Shown here one piece after another: positions 20,448 through 30,456 of a stretch of DNA of 64,000 nucleotides (the first letter of the stretch is position 1; every line of letters starts with the position of its first letter). A program made the translations under genes and the position numbers. The DNA lies in assembly GCA_015489175.1 (NCBI GenBank), contig WGAI01000072.1, positions 2,828-66,827 of the forward strand, in the 5' to 3' direction. Origin of the DNA: a candidate division WOR-3 bacterium (GTDB lineage: Bacteria; Hydrothermota; Hydrothermia; B15-G9). The notes beneath the pieces were generated by a model, which worked only from the letters and a program-made list of their open reading frames with translations, had not been told where the DNA came from and searched no databases.

Positions 20448-21440
20448 ATGAAATCAATCAAATATTTTGTGCTTCTTGGAATTATGATCAGTGGACTTGG
20501 CGCCCAGACCTTCACCAAGGTCGCCACTGCGGGCGCCAAGTTCCTCAACATAGGACTCAGTCCCCGTGCCATGGGGATGGGAGAGGCTTATGTGGCCGTG
20601 GCAAACGACCCATCAGCGGTATTCTGGAATCCGGCAGGACCGGCTAACATCAAGGGAGATGCCGTGTTTATCGGATACACCAACTGGATCCCCAATATGG
20701 TTACACCCGCTGTTGCATACACCAAGGACATAGGGCTGATGGGTAAGATAACGGCCGTTATTAGCGGAACCAACATTGGTGGAATGAAGGAAGCTGTCAT
20801 TGACGATGATCCTAATACGCCTGAGCTTACGGGAAACGAGTTCGCCTATTCTGCCGGTCAGGTTGGTGTTGGTTATGCAAGGTATTACACGGATAAATTC
20901 GCCGCTGGTGTTGTAGCAAAGCTCGTTTTCGAGAGATATGGCTCTTACACAAGCGCTTCCTCCTTCGCTATTGACGCAGGCACTTACTTCTGGACAGGCT
21001 ATAAGACCCTGAGGATAGCGATGACGCTTCAGAACCTCGGCGCTGATATGAAACCACATGGCACATATCTTCAGACCGTTATGCAGGGATCCGATCTTGT
21101 GCAGCTGGAATATGACTACAGGTCATATCCACTGCCGATGGCGTTTAAAATCGGTGCCGCAATGGAAGCCATAGATAGGCCTGACATGAGACTTACCCTC
21201 TCTGTTGAAGCACTTCACCCCACAGATAATTCTGAGACGGTATCTTTGGGCGCAGAGTTCGCTTACAACAATATGATTTACCTCAGAACTGGTTATAGAT
21301 TTGCTGATCCCACAAGTTATGTCTGCGGACTTGGTGCTGGTGTAGGCGTGAAGCTCGGAAAACTGGATGTTGACTATTCCTTTAGTGATATGGGCTACCT
21401 TCCAGATGTGCACAGGATTGGTATTTCCTATAACTTTTAA
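20448..21440 (+). CDS. PorV/PorQ-like outer-membrane beta-barrel protein (T9SS-associated)
   Basis: Signal peptide, then FLNIGLSPRAMGMGEAYVAVANDPSAVFWNPAG, the conserved N-terminal motif of the PorV/LptO family. About 330 aa with a C-terminal ...ISYNF. Confidence 0.5.
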   Translation: MKSIKYFVLLGIMISGLGAQTFTKVATAGAKFLNIGLSPRAMGMGEAYVAVANDPSAVFWNPAGPANIKGDAVFIGYTNWIPNMVTPAVAYTKDIGLMGKITAVISGTNIGGMKEAVIDDDPNTPELTGNEFAYSAGQVGVGYARYYTDKFAAGVVAKLVFERYGSYTSASSFAIDAGTYFWTGYKTLRIAMTLQNLGADMKPHGTYLQTVMQGSDLVQLEYDYRSYPLPMAFKIGAAMEAIDRPDMRLTLSVEALHPTDNSETVSLGAEFAYNNMIYLRTGYRFADPTSYVCGLGAGVGVKLGKLDVDYSFSDMGYLPDVHRIGISYNF

Positions 21441-21457
21441 AATTAGGAGGACGGACA

Positions 21458-24400
21458 ATGCTTAACATTATTTTGGCGCTAACTCTGATTAACGGTGGGG
21501 GCGGCGGAGGCGGAGGAGGCCTCCCACAGGTCGGAGATACTCTCACCGTTTGGGTGGACGAGTTCAATCTAATTCTTGGAAGGCACCCCGAAACCGCTCA
21601 GGTTAGAGGTATTACTGATGATGCTTATATCCTGTTGCCTTATGCTGAAGTGGATATCTACTCAATAAACTCATTTCACGATTATATTATTGCTGGATCG
21701 GAAGGTTCAAACTTTTACACCTCAGATAACGGCGGAGAAGTATGGAATGGCGTGAGCTATGTCGCGGATTACGCTAAGCATGTAATTATAGACTCAGTTC
21801 TGTTGGGTTCTGCTACAAATGTTATGACCTTCGTAGCTGGAACAGATACAATCGGATATGCGGTGGCATTTGGTGGGCCAGCTACGATGGTTGTTAACGA
21901 CACGCTCGGAAGAGTTTACGATATCGCACTCACATTCCCTAATCCTACACACAACATCATGGAAGGTGTGATGTATGCCGCTACTGAACACGGTATAGCT
22001 ATGATCAACACCCATGTCGCTCCTCCTCTCTGGCGTTTTACCTTCTCCATAGGCGGTGACGAAAGTCCAACTTACGCCGTTTATGTTTCCTCCGATAGCG
22101 TTTATGCAGGTAGAGATAATGGCCTCTTCGTGTATGACGGAAGCTCATGGGCTCAGATAGCAGGTGTCGATGGTAAAGTGGAAAAGATAGAGGGTTGTCC
22201 ATCGGGCATCCTTATTGGAAGCGATCAGGGTCTCTACCTTTATTCTGGTGGCAGTGTTCAGCAGATTCTTTCAGGTGAAATTACCGACTTTGCCACCGTT
22301 AACGGCAGAATAGCAGTTGTGCAGAACGATACGCTTTACATCAGGGAGAGCGGTGGCTCCGATTTCGTGGCTCAAGATATTCCTGTTACCGTCTACAGTG
22401 TTGGCATACTCGAGGACGAAGGAGAATTCCTTGTTGGGACAAATATGGGGGTTTACAAATACAATAATGAAAATGGCGAATGGTGGAATATAAGCGATGG
22501 TATAGGTAGCATAATTAGTGATTCAAGGGCAACGATGTACATCAATGCAATTCAGGAGGCATTTAACGGCATACCCAATGCAATGCTCAACGCCATCGGA
22601 ATAGATCCTGATACGGCCAACCTTTACGATGCTGATGGGGATCCACATGTTTATATCTATATCACATTCCTTACAAAGAGCAGTAACATTAGTGTCCGCT
22701 ATATTCCCGCCTATTTCGATCCGGCAGATGAGGATACGAGTGCAGAAGATACAATATCCAATAAGAAAGAGATCATAGTGATTAACAAAGGTGATTTCTT
22801 CGACTTTGATGATCAGGAGGCAATGGAGAGACTGCTGGCCTACTTCTATGGTCGCTATGTCGTATGGGCACTCGATCACGATGAGGATCCCTGGGCAGCG
22901 GCTGGTATGGCCTCTCTGGCTGCATATCTTGCAACAGGGCTTGACATGAAAGTCGGTATTGACGGAGTGTGTAGCTTCGAAAGCAATCCTAACCAATACA
23001 TATTCAGTTATCCGACGGATTGGCGTCCTACTCCGATTGTGGCGGACAAGGATCGCGACAGACTATTCCTCTTCTATGAATACCTCAATGAGAGGTTTGG
23101 CTCCGACTTCATAAATAGCCTTTACACAAACGAGGACAACGGCTTTACACCCATTCAGGAGAAACTGAGGCTTGAGGACATAGATTTTGCTGACTTTATG
23201 AACGATTGGTATTTTGCGACTTACTTTGATAATCCTGATCCAAACTTCCACGATGGCAAATACGGATACGAGAACATAGATGTTAACATACAGCCGTCTG
23301 CTTTCTCCCCTGATGGCCAGTTGCTCACACTTCAGCCTTACGGTTCTATCTTCCTGCAAAATGAGGGAACGGATGTGCTGCCATTTTTGTTCAACGGTGA
23401 GGATGACAAGAATTACAGGGTTTACAAGATGGATTCGACTGGCAACATAACCTCCATCACGCTGGATGAAAGAAACAGGGCGAGATTTGACCTCCAGTCT
23501 GGCGAAGTGGTTATGGTGTATCAGCCTGATGCTGCCATTCCTAAATTCTACGCTTCAAGCGATACGGTTGCTCCTTCCGACACAGGCTTCTTCGTGGTTC
23601 AGAACGGCCTGATTCCGCACCGTATTGATGCATATTTCGCTACTACATATCTTGTTTACAGTGACCTCCTCAATCCGATGCCTGAGCTATGGGCGATAGC
23701 CGATCAGGAGACAACTAAATACACCATGTCGCTTTACACCTATCACGACATTTACATCTACAATGTGGATGCTGCTCTCGATGTTCAGGGCGGAGAGGAA
23801 AAGAGGTTCACCCTCCTTATGTATTATCAGGATCAGAGTGGAAATGAGACCATTTCCGATACCACTGAGTTAGTCGTGAGGAGATTTATGCCTCAAGGTG
23901 GAACACTCACGCTTGACAATGGTGGCGTTGTTGTCTCGGTCCCATACAATGCCTTCGATTATGCCACGACCGTTATGGCGGTTAGCAACCCCAAAGTTAA
24001 TCCTGTTGTCGATGGAAGAGATGGAATATCAAGGATTTATGCTATTGGAAACAGCAATATGGTTCTGAATGCTCCTGCGACTATAAGGGTATCTGTCCCG
24101 AATGAGGTTTCCGGCACACCATCATTGTTCAGATGGGAAAACGGCACATGGACGGCTGTTCCCACCGTCTATGACCCTGTGAACCACGAGGTCAGGGCTA
24201 CCGTGGATAGGCTTGGCGTATTCCAGGTCCGTTCCGGTGCTTCTTCACTTGCCCTCAATTTCGCTCTCAGAAACAGAATTGTTCGTGGCGATGTGGTAAC
24301 AGTCGATTATTCACTGCCGAAATCCGAGCATGTCCAGATAGCCGTCTATGACATGACCGGACGCATTGTGGGTCAGGTTTACGATGGCATGCTGAGTGCT

Positions 24401-24511
24401 GGCAAGGGATCCATCCATTGGAACACGCACAATGTCAGGAGCGGTGTCTATTTCCTCAAAGTGAAAGCCGATGACTTTAACAGTGTAAACAAGGTCGTGG
24501 TAATTAAATAA
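21458..24511 (+). CDS. Large secreted hypothetical protein (1017 aa) with an N-proximal poly-Gly tract and a T9SS C-terminal domain
   Basis: AGGAGG SD. MLNIILALTLIN followed by nine consecutive Gly codons. C-terminus VQIAVYDMTGRIVGQVYDG...SGVYFLKVKADDF...KVVVIK. Confidence 0.6.
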   Translation: MLNIILALTLINGGGGGGGGGLPQVGDTLTVWVDEFNLILGRHPETAQVRGITDDAYILLPYAEVDIYSINSFHDYIIAGSEGSNFYTSDNGGEVWNGVSYVADYAKHVIIDSVLLGSATNVMTFVAGTDTIGYAVAFGGPATMVVNDTLGRVYDIALTFPNPTHNIMEGVMYAATEHGIAMINTHVAPPLWRFTFSIGGDESPTYAVYVSSDSVYAGRDNGLFVYDGSSWAQIAGVDGKVEKIEGCPSGILIGSDQGLYLYSGGSVQQILSGEITDFATVNGRIAVVQNDTLYIRESGGSDFVAQDIPVTVYSVGILEDEGEFLVGTNMGVYKYNNENGEWWNISDGIGSIISDSRATMYINAIQEAFNGIPNAMLNAIGIDPDTANLYDADGDPHVYIYITFLTKSSNISVRYIPAYFDPADEDTSAEDTISNKKEIIVINKGDFFDFDDQEAMERLLAYFYGRYVVWALDHDEDPWAAAGMASLAAYLATGLDMKVGIDGVCSFESNPNQYIFSYPTDWRPTPIVADKDRDRLFLFYEYLNERFGSDFINSLYTNEDNGFTPIQEKLRLEDIDFADFMNDWYFATYFDNPDPNFHDGKYGYENIDVNIQPSAFSPDGQLLTLQPYGSIFLQNEGTDVLPFLFNGEDDKNYRVYKMDSTGNITSITLDERNRARFDLQSGEVVMVYQPDAAIPKFYASSDTVAPSDTGFFVVQNGLIPHRIDAYFATTYLVYSDLLNPMPELWAIADQETTKYTMSLYTYHDIYIYNVDAALDVQGGEEKRFTLLMYYQDQSGNETISDTTELVVRRFMPQGGTLTLDNGGVVVSVPYNAFDYATTVMAVSNPKVNPVVDGRDGISRIYAIGNSNMVLNAPATIRVSVPNEVSGTPSLFRWENGTWTAVPTVYDPVNHEVRATVDRLGVFQVRSGASSLALNFALRNRIVRGDVVTVDYSLPKSEHVQIAVYDMTGRIVGQVYDGMLSAGKGSIHWNTHNVRSGVYFLKVKADDFNSVNKVVVIK

Positions 24512-24525
24512 TTTCGGGAGGTTCT

Positions 24526-25419
24526 ATGATGAAAAGGCTCGCCCTTTTATCTGCAATCTTTATCCTGATCGCGGGATGTGGGGTCAAAATGGATACCCCA
24601 TCCCCGTCCGTTGATGCTGACATACTTATCGAGCATGGCTGGAATTTCTATGATGCCGGCCATTTTGAAGAAGCAAAGGCAGCTTTTGACTCCGTTTTCC
24701 TCTTCGCTATTGATAAGCCTGAGGCATTCACAGGTCTTGCGTGGTCGCTCATTCAGCTTGGAAATTACAGTGAAGCTCTCCCTTATCTCAGGCTTGCTAT
24801 GACTGCTGATCCTAACTACTACAAGCCAATTGTCACACCGGTTACGGACGAAATTGATACCGCCCATCTCGACTCCATCGTATATGATGCTTACACCGTC
24901 ATGATTTACGAGGTTCCCGTTAAGCATAGACCGGTGGCTGCTTTCAAAAAGATAAAGCTTGGTAGTAACCCGGTAGATGTCTACTGGATGACTGATACAT
25001 CTGTGGTGATAATTGCCCCGACCAATGCTCGTGATTCGGCCGTCTGCACCGTAACTTACGACCACATCGATACATCGCCCGAGGGCCTTAACCTCGGCAT
25101 AGTTCCTGAGGTCGGCATCGGCATAATGGCTGCTAACCAGGGACTTGGTGAATATGATGAGGCCATTTCGGGAGCCAAAGCGGCTATCTACTACTGGGGC
25201 GATTCTCTTCGTCTCAATCATTATCCGGGACTCAACAGACGGGATATTGACATATCGCTTGCGACAATATACCTTAAAGCAGGTTATTATATGAATGTGG
25301 TTCAGTTGCTGGAGCAGCTTGACGAGAATTTCACATTTCCGGCAGGATTGGATCCTTACGATGCAAACAATGTGTATATTTTGCTTGAGGAGTTGGCACG
25401 CTTAAGAAGCGGCAACTAA
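24526..25419 (+). CDS. TPR-like repeat lipoprotein (hypothetical)
   Basis: GGGAGG SD. Lipobox LIAGC. Helical repeat composition (...AKAAFDSVFLFAIDKPEAFTGLAWSLIQLGNYSEALPYLRLA...). Confidence 0.55.
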   Translation: MMKRLALLSAIFILIAGCGVKMDTPSPSVDADILIEHGWNFYDAGHFEEAKAAFDSVFLFAIDKPEAFTGLAWSLIQLGNYSEALPYLRLAMTADPNYYKPIVTPVTDEIDTAHLDSIVYDAYTVMIYEVPVKHRPVAAFKKIKLGSNPVDVYWMTDTSVVIIAPTNARDSAVCTVTYDHIDTSPEGLNLGIVPEVGIGIMAANQGLGEYDEAISGAKAAIYYWGDSLRLNHYPGLNRRDIDISLATIYLKAGYYMNVVQLLEQLDENFTFPAGLDPYDANNVYILLEELARLRSGN

Positions 25420-25434
25420 ACAGGAGGTAGAATT

Positions 25435-27063
25435 ATGCGTAAAGTGATGTATGTTGTGTTGACACTCTTGTTTGTTGTGGGCACAGTCAATGCCTACAAC
25501 ACAAGGGCATATTCGATAACCGGCGATGATGGCCCGGTTGGCCACAGCAACGGCAGCAAGCTCGTATGGGGCTATACTTTCGGGCCTGCTGGCGATATAA
25601 GGTCGAACCTCGGCACACCCGGCAAGAACATAGCTGCATATCAGGGCAACATAGCGGTTGTGTGGGCTGACACCCTTGGCTGGGATCCTGCAAACGGTTA
25701 TGTCCTCGGTTATCTCAGGGCTTCTTATTCCACCGACGGTGGTCGTACATGGGTGGGGCCGTTCAACCTTACCACCTATGGCATGAGGCGTTACTATCCT
25801 GGCGTCACCTTTGATCAGGTTACCGGCAAAGTCTGGTTTGTCTGGCAGGAGGGACCTCCTGGTTATCCGAACAGCTTGATCAAAGTGGCCACGGATATCG
25901 CTTATCCTTATGGCGTCTTCCAGACCTACACAATGGACACAACCATCAACAACAATGTCTGGCTCCCGGCCATAGACGCCAACGGTGATACCATCATCGT
26001 TGACGGTGTGGATATAGGTTTCGGCGGCACTATCGCTGCATACTACTGGCTGAGCACGGATGGTGGAAACACATGGTCTCCTCAGAGGGTTCTCGTTGAA
26101 AACGGCGGAGATTCGCCTATTCCGAGGATTGGCCCTAACGGATATGTGGCTTTCTACGGCCAGACGATGAATGTTTACGGCGCTGACACGGTCGATGCAC
26201 CTTACTTCATAGAGGCGCATGTAGATGGCGATAGCCTTGTCATCGACAGGGTTGTGGACCTCTTCACAGAGCTTGGCGGCCCGCTTTATCCTGGTGCTAC
26301 AGGATGGTGGTACACCTACGACTTTGTCCTTGACAACAACAACAAACCTCACATCGTCGTGAAGTTCGGATCCGGTAACTACGAGTATGGTGATGTGTGG
26401 CACATCTATCCTACCACAGGTGCTCCTGGCAACTGGGGTGGCTGGCAGGCTGATCTGCTTGTCGGTCTTGGCAATGGTGCCACTGTCGCCACACAGCCGA
26501 ATGTCGGCTTTGATCCATCCACAAACAGGCTCCTTGTTATCTACAAAGCCATCTTCCAGAGGGACAGCACGGACACGACCGGTGCACCTGATATTGGTAA
26601 AGGCACACTCGACCTTAACACCAATGAGTGGTATGATGAAGGCGCATTTGCCGGTGTTGATGATGCAGATGAGGAAGCTGTCGAGCTCGCTCGCATAGTT
26701 TACAATGGTTATGGATTTGCCACTGGTATAGAGGATCAGAATGCAGATGTGCTTCAGGTCGGATATGTCCAAGTTCCTATGGGCGTGGAAGAGGAGCCGA
26801 TTAACAGGAACGAGTTCGGTCTGAGGGCTTTCAACAACCTGACCGAGGGCAACATAGGTGTGTCGTTCGCGCTTCCGAGAAGCGGCAGGGTGGAGGTGAG
26901 CGTGTTCGACGCAGCCGGCAGGAAAGTGGGCACTCTGTATAGCGGCGAGATGGATGCTGGAGATCACAGCCTCACATGGCAGGCTCCGAAATCCGGCATC
27001 TATTTCGTGAACCTCAAATTCGGAAATAGGGAAGCTTCGACCCGCGTGATTGCTGTGAAGTAA
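25435..27063 (+). CDS. BNR/Asp-box repeat (sialidase-like fold) secreted protein with a T9SS C-terminal domain
   Basis: Signal peptide. Asp-box motifs YSTDGGRTW and LSTDGGNTWSP. C-terminal RVEVSVFDAAGRKVGTLY...SGIYFVNLKF...RVIAVK. Confidence 0.65.
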   Translation: MRKVMYVVLTLLFVVGTVNAYNTRAYSITGDDGPVGHSNGSKLVWGYTFGPAGDIRSNLGTPGKNIAAYQGNIAVVWADTLGWDPANGYVLGYLRASYSTDGGRTWVGPFNLTTYGMRRYYPGVTFDQVTGKVWFVWQEGPPGYPNSLIKVATDIAYPYGVFQTYTMDTTINNNVWLPAIDANGDTIIVDGVDIGFGGTIAAYYWLSTDGGNTWSPQRVLVENGGDSPIPRIGPNGYVAFYGQTMNVYGADTVDAPYFIEAHVDGDSLVIDRVVDLFTELGGPLYPGATGWWYTYDFVLDNNNKPHIVVKFGSGNYEYGDVWHIYPTTGAPGNWGGWQADLLVGLGNGATVATQPNVGFDPSTNRLLVIYKAIFQRDSTDTTGAPDIGKGTLDLNTNEWYDEGAFAGVDDADEEAVELARIVYNGYGFATGIEDQNADVLQVGYVQVPMGVEEEPINRNEFGLRAFNNLTEGNIGVSFALPRSGRVEVSVFDAAGRKVGTLYSGEMDAGDHSLTWQAPKSGIYFVNLKFGNREASTRVIAVK

Positions 27064-27093
27064 CGCACGCGAGAGTTGAACGCGCTTGTTATG

Positions 27094-27124
27094 GAGGGGC
27101 CTTGATCGGCCCCTCTTTTTATTT
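27094..27124 (+). terminator. Rho-independent terminator after the BNR gene
   Basis: gaggggcc-ttgatc-ggcccctc hairpin followed by TTTTTATTTT. Confidence 0.6.
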
Positions 27125-27194
27125 TGCACAAACTTAATCGTCCTGCTTTATACTCAATATCTATCGATGAAACCAACAAAATCAGGAGGTGTGT

Positions 27195-30035
27195 ATGTTT
27201 AGATGGCTGATAGCAATAGTTATGAGTATGTCAGCGCTGTCTGCTGGAGTTATAGAGCCCGGTTTCATGGCCAAGCTCAACTCCATGGACGATCATGATA
27301 TGGTCAGGGCAATAGTAACCATGAGAGAAAGCCCTGATTTCGCCACATTGAAGTCTCTTGGAAAGCGCAATGTGGCGGCATATCTGAGAGATCTTGCCAG
27401 TAGGTCTCAAAAAGATGTCCTTGCGTATCTTGATACTCAAAAGGATGCGATTGACTACATATACCCGTTTTGGGTCATAAATGGATTTGCAATTCGTGCT
27501 GAAAAACAGGTCATACTTCAGCTTGCTGCTCGTGATGACATCGGGATAATCGAGGAAGATCGCAAGGTTGAGGTATATCGTGACAGAGCACATGATGGCG
27601 GGAACAGCTCTCCCAAGACTGTGCAATGGAATATCAGAAAGATCAAAGCTGACTCGGTTTGGGCCCTTGGATACGATGGCTCAGGTGTGCTTGTCGGTAT
27701 AATGGACACGGGAATAGACCCGGATCATCCTGCACTTGAGGGCAGATTTTCCGGATTGTGGAAGGATTGCATAAATAACAACCCGATGCCATACGACCCG
27801 GATTCGCACGGCACACATGTGGCAGGAACTATTACCGGAGACGGCCCTTATGGCATAGGCGTGGCGCCTGGGGCACAGTTTGCAATGGCAAGGGTAGTCG
27901 GATCAGGTGGTGGATACGGCTATCAGATTCTGCAAGGGTTCCAGTGGTATGTCTCGCTGGTTTCGGACTCCGGTTATAATATTCCTCTTGTCAGCAACTC
28001 ATGGGGCAACTCTAATACCACCACGACATATTTCTGGAATGCAGTGCTTTCGTGGAGAGCCGTAGGCATAATCCCTGTGTTCGCTATCGGAAACGATGGC
28101 CCAAGTTCAGGCACGGCTGGCACTCCCGGCAACTTCCCCACGGTCATCGGTGTGGGCGCAACAACCTATCAGGACAGGGTTGCAAGCTTCTCAAGTCGTG
28201 GTCCGGCGCCTCATCAGTCTCCGTGGAGCGACACCACATACTGGCCCATACCGGATTGGAACTACATAAAGCCTGATATTTCGGCACCGGGTCAGGGCAT
28301 AATGTCCTCCGTTCCTGGCGGTCGATATGCCACATGGGATGGGACATCTATGGCTACCCCGCACATTGCAGGCGTTATCGCTCTCATGTTCTCGAAGAAC
28401 CCCGATCTTGATTTCGATCAGGTTTACAACATCCTTACGACAACTGCGGACAGACCTGCATCTGGCGGAAGCTATCCTAACAACAGTTACGGCTGGGGTA
28501 GGGTTAACGCTCTTGCCGCTGTCAACGCTGTTCCAGCTCCGACAGACCCCAATCTTGTGCTCATCGATTACACAGTAACCTCCCCCTCAGGCGGGCATAT
28601 CGTTCCCGGCGATACGGCTAATATCGTCGTTCAGGTGACCAACATCTCATCTGTTGTGGCCAATGGCGTGACAGCCACCCTTACGACTGACGATCCGCAT
28701 GTTACCGTTATCAATGGCTCCTGCTCGCTTGGCGACATCGCAAGAGGGGATACAGTTAACAACAGCTCATCTCCCTTCACCTTCGCCGTTTCCCCGACCA
28801 CACCTGATGGTTACGATGTTACTTTCCAGCTCAGGCTTCAGGCGAGCAGCGGCTACACCAGAGATTTTGCTTTAACTGCTACCATAGGTGTTCCGAGGAT
28901 GGATGTTGCTGACATACACACAGTTAATGCCACATTCTCGCTTGTTTCCAACGGCGCTCTCGGATTTGCAGATGATAACCAGAGCGCAGGTAGCGGATTT
29001 GTTTACAGAGGCACTCAGACCCTGTTCTACGGCTCACTTGCTGCCGGTAACGCCTCAGACTATGTAGTTGACAACTGGTATGAGCATAGCACCGATGACG
29101 GCGATTGGATGCCGACGAGCGATCCACCGGGGCGCCTCTACTACATGGATCCGGGCGCAGCACCATGGTATGGTGACGAACAGGTGTGGGGCATGGTGAT
29201 AGATTCCGGACATGCAACTCCTAAAGGACTTGCGGCCGAATTTATTGGATTTGCTCAGAATGAGGATGCTTATGGCGATTTCGTTATAACTGCCTATAAA
29301 TTCAGGAATCTTGGAACCGAGACGCTTAACGATCTCTATTTCGCATGGTTCATCGATTTCGACATAAACGATGCGGCGAGCAACTATTCACGCACAGACA
29401 CGCTCAGGCGTGTGGCCTATATGTGGGGCGGTGCCACTTACGCCGGCATCTCCGTCCCTGATACATCTCTGCCGATAGCCAACCTCAGCGTGATAAACAA
29501 CCAGACCTATGTTTATCCCGATACGGGCATGGTCGATACCAACCAGTGGCATTTCATGAATGGCTCTTATCATTTTTCACAGGGCAACTCTGCTGGTGAC
29601 TGGTCGGTTGTAGTTTCGGTTGGTCCGATTACACTCAACCCTGGCGATTCGGTCTGTGTGCCGTTTGCGATAGTGGGCGGATACGGCATGAACAACTTCC
29701 TCGCCCATGTCGATAGTGCGCGTGTGCTCTACTACAACCCGCTTCTCAACATCGAGGAGGAGCCGGTTTACGGGACGAAACCTTACGGCATTATGCTGTC
29801 CGCCAATCCGTTGCTTCCAAACGGCGTGATAAGCTTCTCCGTGCCTTCTGCCCGTCATGCTGAGGTGCGGCTCTACGATGCGGCTGGCAGACTTGTGGCT
29901 GTGCCGTTCAATGGCATGGCTGAGGCTGGCATTAACAGCGTCAGGCTCCCGTCCAGCTTAAGCAACGGTGTCTATTTCGTGCAGCTCAAAGCGGCTGACA
30001 TCTCCGACACGAAGCGCATCGTCGTCGTCAGGTAA
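27195..30035 (+). CDS. Subtilisin-like S8 peptidase with an N-terminal I9-like propeptide and a T9SS C-terminal domain
   Basis: AGGAGG 6 nt before the ATG. GVLVGIMDTGIDPDHPAL (D), DSHGTHVAGTI (H), GTSMATPHIAGVIALM (S). C-terminus AEVRLYDAAGRLVAV...NGVYFVQLKA...KRIVVVR. Confidence 0.85.
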   Translation: MFRWLIAIVMSMSALSAGVIEPGFMAKLNSMDDHDMVRAIVTMRESPDFATLKSLGKRNVAAYLRDLASRSQKDVLAYLDTQKDAIDYIYPFWVINGFAIRAEKQVILQLAARDDIGIIEEDRKVEVYRDRAHDGGNSSPKTVQWNIRKIKADSVWALGYDGSGVLVGIMDTGIDPDHPALEGRFSGLWKDCINNNPMPYDPDSHGTHVAGTITGDGPYGIGVAPGAQFAMARVVGSGGGYGYQILQGFQWYVSLVSDSGYNIPLVSNSWGNSNTTTTYFWNAVLSWRAVGIIPVFAIGNDGPSSGTAGTPGNFPTVIGVGATTYQDRVASFSSRGPAPHQSPWSDTTYWPIPDWNYIKPDISAPGQGIMSSVPGGRYATWDGTSMATPHIAGVIALMFSKNPDLDFDQVYNILTTTADRPASGGSYPNNSYGWGRVNALAAVNAVPAPTDPNLVLIDYTVTSPSGGHIVPGDTANIVVQVTNISSVVANGVTATLTTDDPHVTVINGSCSLGDIARGDTVNNSSSPFTFAVSPTTPDGYDVTFQLRLQASSGYTRDFALTATIGVPRMDVADIHTVNATFSLVSNGALGFADDNQSAGSGFVYRGTQTLFYGSLAAGNASDYVVDNWYEHSTDDGDWMPTSDPPGRLYYMDPGAAPWYGDEQVWGMVIDSGHATPKGLAAEFIGFAQNEDAYGDFVITAYKFRNLGTETLNDLYFAWFIDFDINDAASNYSRTDTLRRVAYMWGGATYAGISVPDTSLPIANLSVINNQTYVYPDTGMVDTNQWHFMNGSYHFSQGNSAGDWSVVVSVGPITLNPGDSVCVPFAIVGGYGMNNFLAHVDSARVLYYNPLLNIEEEPVYGTKPYGIMLSANPLLPNGVISFSVPSARHAEVRLYDAAGRLVAVPFNGMAEAGINSVRLPSSLSNGVYFVQLKAADISDTKRIVVVR

Positions 30036-30064
30036 TCTGGAGAGTGAACTGACAGGAAATTTCA

Positions 30065-30094
30065 GGCGGGAGCGAAGCTCCCGCCTTTTTGTTT
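30065..30094 (+). terminator. Rho-independent terminator after the S8 peptidase gene
   Basis: ggcgggagc-gaa-gctcccgcc hairpin followed by TTTTTGTTTT. Confidence 0.65.
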
Positions 30095-30096
30095 TC

Positions 30097-30456
30097 TCAC
30101 CTCAAAAACCCAATTCTCAGTGGCCCCTCAAACCTTTCGACTATCTCAACGCCTCTTGCCCGCTGAAACCTAACAGGATATGACACCACCCATGCAAAAA
30201 GCCTCTGGCCAGCGGCATATTCCCTCAAAAATTTCGGATCCGCTAAATGCCTGTCGTGATAGTTTGCCAGTTCACTGAGGTCAAAAGGGCCAAGAACATC
30301 TGTAATCTGGAGCTTCCCGATTGCCATTCCACCGGTGACGATGATTACCTCTCCCCGATATTTTATCGGTCTCTTGCGCAGCTCCCATGTCTTCAAGCCG
30401 TCCACGAGATAGCTGGCGTAAGGCTCCTTTACCGTCAAAATCACAACCCTGTCCAT
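30097..30456 (-). CDS. ASCH (PUA-like) domain protein
   Basis: 119 aa. MDRVVILTVKEPYASYLVDGLKTWELRKR resembles the ASCH beta-barrel N-terminus. Overlaps the gpsA stop by 16 nt. Confidence 0.5.
   Translation of the reverse strand: MDRVVILTVKEPYASYLVDGLKTWELRKRPIKYRGEVIIVTGGMAIGKLQITDVLGPFDLSELANYHDRHLADPKFLREYAAGQRLFAWVVSYPVRFQRARGVEIVERFEGPLRIGFLR

Noticed and set aside
21382-21567. 61-aa poly-proline ORF
   Set aside because: It is the reverse complement of the poly-Gly codon run in the 1017-aa gene.
24547-25221. 224-aa minus-strand ORF
   Set aside because: Antisense to the TPR lipoprotein gene, which has a strong RBS and a lipobox.
25402-27129. 575-aa minus-strand ORF
   Set aside because: It is entirely antisense to the well-supported plus-strand BNR/Asp-box T9SS gene, which has a signal peptide, an RBS, Asp-boxes and a CTD. 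It has no RBS or recognisable motifs, so it is a GC-driven open frame.
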